NCBI RefSeq assembly: GCF_964204645.1
Contig: NC_134029.1
Location: 19,710,950-19,774,949, forward strand
Length of the DNA stretch: 64,000 bases
Direction of reading: 5' to 3'
From: Tubulanus polymorphus
Taxonomy: Eukaryota > Animalia > Nemertea
Positions 48,425-64,000 of this stretch are shown here, one piece after another; positions within the stretch are counted from its first letter, which is position 1; each line of letters begins with the position of its first letter. The position numbers and the translations under genes were made by a program. The notes beneath the pieces were generated by a model. That model made no database searches and was not told where the DNA came from. It saw only the letters and a list, made by a program, of their open reading frames with translations.

Positions 48425-50053
48425 TCACGTTCCGCTAATCCTTTTTTCTAGTTCGACATCAAAATCCGACGACGACTGATTGCCTTCTTCTTTCTCTAAA
48501 CGCAAATTCGATTTAAGAACTTTCGAAAGTTCCATCAAAGCCCACGCGTTACGATCGATGGTTTCGTTGTACTGCAAATGATAAATATACGCGTTTGAGT
48601 ACACGGGCATCTTATTCTCCTCGCTGAATATTCGAACGGGACTGCGAAACGGATTGATCACCGGTTCCGACGTCGTTCCCAGCTTCAAACCTTCCATCGG
48701 CGCGCGAGAACTAGCGCAGCTATATTTACAATAGTCCGTGAAGTAAGCCGGAATTTTCTTCGCGGCCATTTCGACCAGGGCTTTACCCCACGACCGGTAA
48801 GCGGCCAAACCGGCGTTGAACCCGACGACCAAATCGGGCGAAGCGCTGTCTACTTTTCGTAAAAACTTTTCGTAACGACCGCTATACACGACCGCGTGAA
48901 CGTTGCCGTTGCTAAATTGTTTTCCGTGCGCTTTTTTGTCGATGTTCGGCCCGATAAACGCGAGCATAAATCGCGTTCTGGGAAGCAGCATCCCGAGTTG
49001 CGTAAATACAGGTAAAATATCAACTTCTTTTTCCGCGCCGACAACGTGCACGACAGCCTTTCCGAAAACCGATTCGCAATCTTGAAACCGATGAAGAGAA
49101 GTCATTATATAATAAAGAGTCAATGGAAAACTGAGCAAAATCGAAATCGGCGAATTTAAACGCAACCCGATGAATTTGTAATACGAAGCCCAGTTCTCTA
49201 ACGGAGCGTCGGACGTGTCGCCGATCGGACTTTCCAACGCGACGCTCTCCGACGGCAAAACCCATTCTAAATAGTCATCATCCAACGCTCCGTACGGGAC
49301 ATCGCGCGCTCGCCCGGCGGATAATACGTGCGGACATTCGCGACAGATTCTCACCTCTCGACGCCAATATCCCTGATGCAGTACGCCTTCCGAGCGAAGA
49401 AATTCGTGATAATCGAACGACGTGAAATCGTCGTCGGTCGTAACGCCGGCATACGTGAACGGGAAATCGGCTAATTTGCACGATTCGGCCGCATACGACG
49501 CCATTTTGTCGCACCAATGCGAATGACTATGTTCGCCGTCGTTCCGCATATCGGCGACGAGACACTCGTCGCTGCAGTAAAACGCGACTCGACACTGCGG
49601 ACACACGAGGAACAGTCGCTCCTCGCCCCTCATTCGACACGAACTACACGTCCTCATCGCCGCGAATATTCTTTCGACGTTATGAGTCCCGGAGGACGCG
49701 TTTTCTACGCATTCGAATCCGTATCGCGAAAACCGGCCGACTAAAACTTCAGAGCTCGGTTCGAACGTTATAGAACGCGGTCGTCTCGGTTTTCCATGTT
49801 TAGGCTGCATTACGCAATTCAAAATACCGCGCAACACAAATAACTCATCAGGGGGCGCCACCTCCTGGTCTACGGAGTACGAGCCCACGAAGCAGCCGCT
49901 GGTCAAATTCCTGATCGTCATTTCTACTGAAGCGCGTGAATCTTCCCGCGACAATTTGATCACCCATATAGTGTCTTCAACCGGCATCTTTAATATAGAC
50001 TCGGCCTCTTCTTCTTCGCCAACATCGGTTTGCGCCATTGATTCAGACTCCAT
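48425..50053 (-). CDS. ZMYND15: ZMYND15/MSS51-like MYND zinc-finger protein (542 aa, single coding exon)
   Basis: Continuous ORF with a MYND finger (CSSC...CPQCRVAFYCSDEC...HSHWC) and an MSS51-type C-terminal domain (HVVGAEKE, PDLVVGFNAG, YFTDYCKYSC, NPFRSP...YSNAYIYHL). These motifs most resemble ZMYND15 as I recall it. A 5'UTR acceptor lies near 50107 and a minus-strand AATAAA at 48376-48381. Confidence 0.88.
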   Translation of the reverse strand: MESESMAQTDVGEEEEAESILKMPVEDTIWVIKLSREDSRASVEMTIRNLTSGCFVGSYSVDQEVAPPDELFVLRGILNCVMQPKHGKPRRPRSITFEPSSEVLVGRFSRYGFECVENASSGTHNVERIFAAMRTCSSCRMRGEERLFLVCPQCRVAFYCSDECLVADMRNDGEHSHSHWCDKMASYAAESCKLADFPFTYAGVTTDDDFTSFDYHEFLRSEGVLHQGYWRREVRICRECPHVLSAGRARDVPYGALDDDYLEWVLPSESVALESPIGDTSDAPLENWASYYKFIGLRLNSPISILLSFPLTLYYIMTSLHRFQDCESVFGKAVVHVVGAEKEVDILPVFTQLGMLLPRTRFMLAFIGPNIDKKAHGKQFSNGNVHAVVYSGRYEKFLRKVDSASPDLVVGFNAGLAAYRSWGKALVEMAAKKIPAYFTDYCKYSCASSRAPMEGLKLGTTSEPVINPFRSPVRIFSEENKMPVYSNAYIYHLQYNETIDRNAWALMELSKVLKSNLRLEKEEGNQSSSDFDVELEKRISGT

Positions 50054-51039
50054 TCCTTTAATGAAGTGTAGCTAATGGCACCAACCTATTCACTGAATCT
50101 GCACCCCTGAAATCAGAAATACAAAATATATCAATCATATCATTGCTTGACAAAAGGAGCACTGTGGTTAAATAATTTACCTCGCAACGGAATCAAATCC
50201 CCACCAAAGCTTTTTCACCAACCCTGAAGTGAAAGGACTAGGATTCTGAAATTTTCTTATTTTCTTGTTTAAAAAAAACAGGGTTTTTGATTCCGTGAAA
50301 ACAGTTACAATAATGTTTATATCGATTGATACCTAATATTTGTTGTTTAAGGGGTTCTGAATGTGCACTTTCATCAATAATGGCATTTCAAAATTTCAAT
50401 TACAATTGCAAATTTTGGCATTTTTTGTAATATATTTCATAAATCATATCTTTTTTCCATCTATTTATTATAATTATTTTTAGAGGATGTGCACTATGCC
50501 ATCAATATATCGAGGCTAGACTGGTTACCAGTTATAATTCAGTTAACAATATCATTAATCAATATTAGTATGAATACCAGTCGTTGCTACCGGTTGTTTG
50601 GGGAACAACGGCTAGGTACTAATAATAATATTACTAAAAAAAAGACTATAATCAATTCATGTCTTATTTTTCAACTTTCATGTTGTTAGATTTCTTGTTG
50701 TTAACAAAAACCTGGTATGACTAAATATAGGACAGTGGTCCAAGAAAAAGATATTTTGTAGTGGTTGACTGGTTTATCGATGAAAACAAATTTCTGTGCA
50801 ATGACTTTAAGTATGAGGATTGAGGAAAAGTTTCGTTTGGTAATTAGCGCGACGTCGAACGGAACGATATCGTCGTAGTAGTCCCACGACAACAAACTTT
50901 TTCATTAATCGGCCTAGCAGCAAAAAGCAGACACAATACGGGTGATTTTTGAAACCACATTCAATTGGATTACCCAAAACTAGCCTGCGGCAGGTTATTT
51001 CTTTAATTTCGATCTCGCATGTAAAATAAAATATTACTC

Positions 51040-51358
51040 AACGACCTTGGGATTTTCGATCGATGTTGGTTGTAGCGACGTCGAAATTAATTATTATAAA
51101 TAATTAATATGATATTGATAAATCTAAATCATATCTGTCATAATAATGCTAAAACTGGATCCCTCCCGTTAAATACACGGTGATTTTAATTGGAATTTTA
51201 TCAACCGCAGAATTCTTTTCTCAAGGACGTTGCGCTGAAGTAAATATTTATTTATTGAAGCACCGACCACATGGCTACTGTCCGTGGATGAGTGAACTGT
51301 CACGGGACGCTGGTTGATAAAACATTCTGTGACTGGGCCTTGTCGTAAAGTTTTCAAA
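51040..51358. promoter_or_regulatory. Probable bidirectional promoter between the ZMYND15-like gene and NR2C2AP
   Basis: Head-to-head arrangement. The ZMYND15-like 5'UTR has an intron acceptor at about 50107, so its first exon must lie upstream, near the NR2C2AP start. No TSS data. Confidence 0.45.
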
Positions 51359-53013
51359 ATGAGATGTGCTGAAGCGATCGTAAAGTAAGTAATGTTTAAT
51401 ATTGATTTTACATACAGGCTTTTTTCACAGCCGGTACAGGCTGACTGACAGGGATAATGGTGTCATCCATCGTCCTCCATCGAATTGTGACAAGTCCCCA
51501 GTGGCTTTTTTTGGTTAGGATTATCAATGAGACAATATCAAATTCATTTATTGTAAGATACAGAGAATACCCCTCCACCCAGTCCTAGTCAGTGAGTACG
51601 GTACCGGTATACTGTATTTGGGACTGGTCTTGATCTTCATCTTGATGTATTACTGTGCCTATGTGTTGATTTATATTTCGGTGACACAGAGGCTGAGCTC
51701 ACAGGTTTTGTGGTAGTGGTACTACTTGCTTCAATGACTACAATTTCATGACCTATTTTAGACATGTACCAGGTAATATGCTTTGTGTTTTGTTTTAGAG
51801 TAAGTTCCGTGTTGAATAGGGACACGAAACAATTCGGAAAGAAACACTTGTTTGACGGAGATGAAGAAACCTGTTGGAACTCTGATCAGGTACATCTGCT
51901 ATTCAAACGTTGTTATGTTCCACTATAATCCGGTTTTGGAAACTAGACTAGTACGGTATAGGCCTTGAATCTGCTCCTGAAATGAAAGCAGTGATCACAC
52001 GGAGATGGTTTGGCCCGTGCCTAATTAGAGAGCGCGTTCACACGTAAACCACTCACTTGATACTAAACGATGCGAAGTGATTCACTTCTGAAACCAAGCA
52101 TTCATAATTTAAACCATGCTAAAATTTGGCTCAGACCTGGTCCCGCGTTTTTGGACTGACCGAACAGGCATGGGCCCATTTGGCACCCGTGTGAACGGTT
52201 GTTCCGGGCCAAAAATGCTCGTGTGATCTGTTAAACTGCAGTCAGGTTATTGACTATAAAATAGACAGCTTACCCACAGTAGCTCGAATTTGAAGTTTGG
52301 AAGCTTCAAATACGAGCCTGGTGAGTTGACCAATTACTGGTTTTCAATTCAGGGATCTCCACAGTGGATCATGTTGGAATTTGCGGATCCTGTAACAGTG
52401 AACGCTGTACACATTCAGTTTCAAGGTGGATTCGTAGGTCGTGAATGTTACGTGGAAACGACCGCTGCCAAAGAACAACCTTTTAAGAATGTGGGCGATT
52501 TTTTTCCTGAAGATATCAACAAATTACAGGTACATGACGTAGGCTCCGGGCATATAATCATTGTTCTGCACAAAACCGGTTATTTTTATACGCACCCCTC
52601 TTGAAAATCAGCCACTCACCTGTAAAAGGTATCTGCAGCCACACGATCAATTTCAATGTCATCCATCATGTTATATTAAAACTTTCAGCAATAATTGATT
52701 TTTTAAGGACCCAACATGACAAATTAGGCTTATTTTTCAATATTTTTTCCAATGGTGCACTTACAAAGATTTTCAACCGCGGAGTTTGTTGGCTACAATG
52801 CAGCCCCTCTGAAATCCCAGCTAACGGATAACACAAAATAATCAGTTTGATGATTAGACCTGAACAGTCTCAATACTATATCTAAATTTTTCATTCCAGA
52901 CTTTTCAACTGCATTCCACCCCGAATGAGAAAGTAAAGCTAGTGAAGATTGTTTTCAAAAACAGCACTGATTTCTTCGGCAGAGTGACCATTTATAAACT
53001 CGATCTTACGTAA
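51359..53013 (+). CDS. NR2C2AP: Nuclear receptor 2C2-associated protein (TRA16)
   Basis: Exons 51359-51384 (MRCAEAIVK), 51799-51889 (VSSVLNRDTKQFGKKHLFDGDEETCWNSDQ), 52353-52529 (GSPQWIMLEF...IQFQGGF...FFPEDINKLQ) and 52900-53013 (TF...STDFFGRVTIYKLDLT*). The motifs match NR2C2AP closely. Confidence 0.94.
51990..52230 (+). repeat. Interspersed MITE family, copy 1 (copy 2 at 62186-62440)
   Basis: GTGCCTAATTAGAGAGCGC.TTCACA.GT.AACCACTCACT.GATACTAAAC and CTCGTGTGATC are shared; GATCACACG/CGTGTGATC ends. Confidence 0.72.
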
Positions 53014-53410
53014 AGGTAAGGGCACACGAGCGTATTTTTTCGCCCGATCGCGGCAAATTTATAAATCGCCCGAAAAATTTGCTCGTGTGGCCACTCACGG
53101 CGACGATTTCGTCGGCCGACTCGATCGCCCGGAGAATCGCCCGTATCAAACATGTATCGCCCGCAAATTCGCTCGTCTGCCCGCACTCAGCAAATTTCGC
53201 CGAGCGATCAATTTTTATCAACCAATAGGATGCATTGTTGATATCATGTGATTCCTTAACTCTCTCCCTCTTAGTGCCAGTCGCTGACCGAATTTCGGTT
53301 TGATCGCTATGTGTGCCCGCTCGTATCGGGCGTATAATTTCGTCGGCGAATTCGCTGGCGAATTTAATCGTCGCGATCGGGCGAAAAAATACGCTCGTTT
53401 GTCCCTAGCT
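53014..53410. mobile_element. PIF/Harbinger (Tourist-like) MITE with TAA TSD
   Basis: TIRs of about 39 bp, AG(G/C)TA(A/G)GG(G/A)CA(C/A)ACGAGCGTATTTTTTCGCCCGATCGCG, with TAA at 53011-53013 and 53411-53413. Confidence 0.85.
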
Positions 53411-55271
53411 TAAGGTCGTGAACAAGGAGATTTATAAATTCAGTGATATCTCCATCAGCCTGCTGGGAATTCAATTCGTAAATGGAGTCTCTATAAGTAC
53501 CAGTTTCAATGGATTTTCAGCTTGATTGATGGAAAAACAAAACATTTTTTATCACGAGGAAAACTTAAAGAATTGTTGGTGTCAGATATTCAGATGGTAG
53601 AGAGTTGGTCCTTGGGAGTACCGGTAATCGAATTTGTCAAATGATTACTCCGAGTTGGTTCTAGTCAACCATCTGATAAATATAATGATTTCTAGGTAGT
53701 TTTAATAGTCATTATGTCAATCATTCATTCACTGGTTAACTTTTAAACAACTGACCTCAGCACCGCAAATTCTGTTGATCAATAATAAATTTCAAAATCA
53801 TTTCAGTATTCAATTCTATGTTCGATTTTATTTCAATCTCCATATAGCACATGTATTTTCTGTTAGCGTACTTTTAGTCATGGTCTATTAATTTTCTATA
53901 CCAGTTACCTAAGCCTTAGCGTACATCGGACCACTCCCACCTCCCTGATCGGACAAACAACTGATCATATCAGAGTCTTTTTTAACTGAATTATCCAGTT
54001 GCCAGTGAGTGAGTACCCCGCTCATTGAAAATCTAGTAAAAACCAGCAATTTCATGGCTCATGCCAGGCTCTAACGCGTGCATCGACAGCAACTAAAATG
54101 TGATCTAGCAAATATTCTTGAGGGCATCCCAAGTCGCATGTCATTTTGCTTCGTTTAAGTCAGTTGTAACCATGTGTTGTTGATTGAAGAGCACGCACAT
54201 TGGCAGAGATGACCGTAACCAGTTGCTCAAAAGTAGAACTTGGGCAACTGGCTGGAACTGGAGATCGTCGCTTACCTAAGCTAGTAAAATCGACAAATTC
54301 AAGCAACTGATTGTATTTATCCAGTTCCTCTCCTCGAAAACCGCCTTGCAACACAGTTGTCTCCAGTTACATTGTCGATCTACGCTAGGCTTAAAATATA
54401 TACTTGGTATTCCAAATATCAACAAGAAGCAAAAGTCCATTATAATAACATTGTTTTAAAGTAAACATGATCAAAATAAGATTCCCTATTTACAAAATAT
54501 ATCTATATACATGTATTTATTATTCATAATTTCATTGATATTACGCTTATTGTAAACAACTGTCAAAATCTAACCACAATAAAATATACATTCAATCAAC
54601 AACAATAAAAAGAAACGATATTAATTTCCATGTAGATAAAATAATTTCTTCCTTCTTCGAAAAAGATCACCTGCCTCAAAAACACATTTTATCACAGATT
54701 ATCAAGAGATCCTAGGGATAATGCATTCATATTGATGGCATCGCAGATTAACAAGTCATTTTCATGCACAACCCAAAACGACTACTATCTTGCCATTGGC
54801 ATGGGTTTCCATTTTCAAATTGCCATCTAAACACCCCTTCGATTTTTGACGCCAAGTAGAGTGATTGATCACTTGCCCTTTTCAGGCGGGCCAATTGAAT
54901 TGAAAAGCCTTTATCTAAAAAAAATTAGAAAAGTAATTTTCAAGAATAGTAGCTGAAAAAAGTTGGTGTTAGCTATCGCTCAGTAAGAATAAAATGAACT
55001 TCCCAAGTATTTTTCAGATGAGAGAAACATCTATTTCCCAAATATTTCCTAACTCCGAATATTTTGAAAAAATTTTTGCCAATTTCTCTGTACTGTGGGA
55101 ACCATGATTGTAAATCCAACCTGATTATTCTCATCACTTCACACATCTCATATCATCAGGTTAAACTTCGAAACATAAATAGTTGATTGTCATTTCATTT
55201 AGTCTTAAACTCCCACATGTCGCCAACAGTTTTATCGCCACTTATATTCCATTGTTTAGTCCCGAATTCGA

Positions 55272-61614
<6,343 letters not shown>

Positions 61615-62185
61615 CTGTAACATAAATGCAAATACAAATGGTACATGAATCGATAGAGGATGTAGGTAAAAATACAATAATATTCAGGGTACATAGACAT
61701 TTTACTATAACTTTTAAACTAGATTTCTTCATAGGGATTTTCAAAAACTATGATAATGTCATTTTTAATGCATGTTGCTTGGTAAAAGTCACAGATTAAC
61801 CACGGTGAATATTGTGTAAAAATACCACGGAAAATTTGAAATTTTTGAAAACTATTCAAGTTTATCAAGATAAGAATATTGATGTATTTTATAGAATTTG
61901 CTTTGAAATCAAATTTGGGGGGATTTTCACCAATGAGAGATTTTTACCAGGGGGATTTTTACCTGTCACCATCGATAAATTATGTATCTGATTATGACGC
62001 ATGCAAACACAATCATTCAATGACATTCAGTGACATTTTGATAAAAACAAAAATAACTAGAAAACTTCAAACATCTGATCGGTTCTCATTCTCCTGGGAC
62101 GCTGGAATGCTAAAGGTTGTTTTTCATGAAACTGGTCTAGTGAGTCTGTTTTACTGACAATATCAGGCTCGCGCCAAATTTAGCT

Positions 62186-62440
62186 GGTGCCTAATTAGAG
62201 AGCGCATTCACATGTTAACCACTCACTCGATACTAAACAATGCTCAAACAAAGCGAAGTGGATCATTTCCGGTAACAGTTGCAATTCGAACGCAATCATT
62301 TGTTTCATGCTGAAATTTGGCTCGGGTCCGGTCCGACGTTTTAGGTCAGGCCAAATTTGGCCCGGGCCAAACAGGCTGTATGAACAGTTGTTCCGGGTCA
62401 AATTTGGCCAGGGCCAAAAATACTCGTGTGATCGCGGCTA
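62186..62440 (+). repeat. Interspersed MITE family, copy 2
   Basis: Homologous to 51990-52230. Confidence 0.72.
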
Positions 62441-62565
62441 ATAACTCTGGTAGATCATCCCTTAAAAAAACTTTAAAAAAAACCCACTACAGTCGAATCT
62501 CGTTAGTACGATTCGGCTTACAACGAAAACCTCAGTATGCCCGGAATGCTCTCAAGACATTAGGC

Positions 62566-62908
62566 CTAATGTCTATTTCAACCTGACTTAAGAGCATTCC
62601 GGGTGGCCTAGCTCAGTCAGTTTTGGTAGTACATACCTGATAAAAGTCTTATAAGGACCAGAATGCATTGGCAGTCGACCTAAATCATCATTTTTTAATC
62701 CATTTGAAACTTCTCTTCATTTAACCCCTTTCAGTGAAGACTTTTTGGATATCCTTCAACACAGTTTCAAATGGATTAAAAAATGATGATTTAGGTCAAC
62801 TGCCTGTCCTTTCTGGTCCTATTAAGACCTTTATCAGGTATGTACTACCAAAAATCAGCGAGCTAGGCCATCCAGAATGCTCTCAAGTCAGGTTGAAATA
62901 GACATTAG
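62566..62908. mobile_element. Long-TIR foldback element nested in a Tc1/mariner-like MITE (about 62488-63105)
   Basis: Inverted arms of about 145 bp, CTAATGTCTATTTCAACCTGACTT...CCATTTGAAAC / GTTTCAAATGG...AAGTCAGGTTGAAATAGACATTAG. The outer element runs TACAGTCGAATCTCGTTAGTACG...CGTACTAACG. Confidence 0.7.
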
Positions 62909-63104
62909 TACGGATGGTCCATAAAGAGTTGCCACTTTTATCCATTGTGTGGTAGCGCTGACCACATTTGCAATAAACTTCTTTATGGGCTGTTAGTATG
63001 TTAAGGTAACATGGAATTGTTTTTATTAAATGGTTAATACGAAATTCGGTTAGTACAATGATTTTTCATTTTCCCACTGCGTCGTACTAACGTGTCACTT
63101 TAAC

Positions 63105-63204
63105 TTTTGATTGAATAAAATCTTGATTTTAAAAACTTTTAAATCTGTAAATAGTGGGTGTTATCTTAATATATTCTCCACGTTTGAGTGTGGCTATTCT
63201 ACCG
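63105..63204. mobile_element. Truncated copy of the 7.1-kb palindromic PLE-type family
   Basis: TCTTGATTTTAAAAA...AATCTGTAAATAGTGGGT...CCACGTTTGAGTGTGG matches the reverse complement of about 7100-7200, including the unpaired extension. The ribozyme is missing. Confidence 0.7.
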
Positions 63205-63339
63205 AATGCATAGAAATCATTTCATTCTCAAATATTTGAGAAAAGTGGAAATATCAAATTTGTCAAGAATTCTACATATTCATTTAAACATCAATAGATC
63301 TATAAGTACGCAGTGATCCTAAAGTAGGAATGTAGGTAT

Positions 63340-63412
63340 AAATGTCCCCGGAAAAAAATGTCCCGGAAAATATGTCCCCGGGAAAAATATGCCATAATGT
63401 AGAAAAAATGCC
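63340..63412. repeat. Short minisatellite (AAATGTCCCCGGAAAA-like units)
   Basis: About 4-5 degenerate tandem units. Confidence 0.7.
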
Positions 63413-64000
63413 CCAGCCTATCATTACTAATTTAGTTAATTTCCCATCAAAATAACACCAAAGAAAAAACTTGGTAGGCCTAATTGTGTAAATTGCACAC
63501 TAACCATAAAAAAGAATTCATTGAGTGACCATGAGAATTATAGGCCTAGAATTTCGGCATCAATTAATTTTTCCTATTGAGAACATATGAACTCAAACAT
63601 GATACGTCAAATTTTAGAAGATTTTAAATTTATAGTACAAATGATTAAATCAAAGTAGAGCCATTATGTGTTATCAAATGTTAAAACTGTAATTAAAAAG
63701 TTTGTTCCATGTCCAAGTAATGATAGAATGGGACATTTTTAATGAGAGATAAATTGTAAAAATTCCCCTGCTTTTGAAAAAAAATTCTTTCTCACAATTT
63801 CCTGGTACAAGAGAGCACCAGCCTGTCGTGCCATTAACTTTTCAGGGAATCTCATCAATAGTTCGACCGCGCAATAAACTTGATCTAATAGAAAAACTGC
63901 ACAAATACGTGTTATCTAACATTACATCGTATCTTGTCGGATCGTCCTATCTCGATAGCAAATTCATATTTTTCTATTACTTTTTAACATCTGTTTGGCT

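Overview
AT-rich, intron-rich animal genomic DNA with GT-AG introns. It looks like a marine invertebrate, possibly lophotrochozoan (inference only). Most entries in the ORF track are spurious, and the real genes have to be assembled from exons. Bases 1-31 kb hold a long-intron, + strand Dpr/ZIG-8-like two-Ig GPI-type cell-surface gene with several phase-1 microexons. Bases 34.8-40.9 kb hold a compact, internally duplicated relative with 8 Ig domains, (V + linker microexon + 3 x Ig2) x 2, and furin-type polybasic linkers, which suggests a cleavable Dpr/ZIG polyprotein. Bases 43-62 kb hold four conserved genes: mRpS11 (-), ZMYND15/MSS51-like (-, intronless CDS), NR2C2AP (+) and the 3' part of OCA2/P-protein (-). 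The introns carry many MITE/foldback elements. Two of these are TSD-flanked palindromic insertions carrying minimal type-I hammerhead ribozymes of the Penelope-like-element kind (about 7.1-7.4 kb and 11.0-11.3 kb), with decayed relatives at 47.8 kb and 63.1 kb. All coordinates were read by eye.
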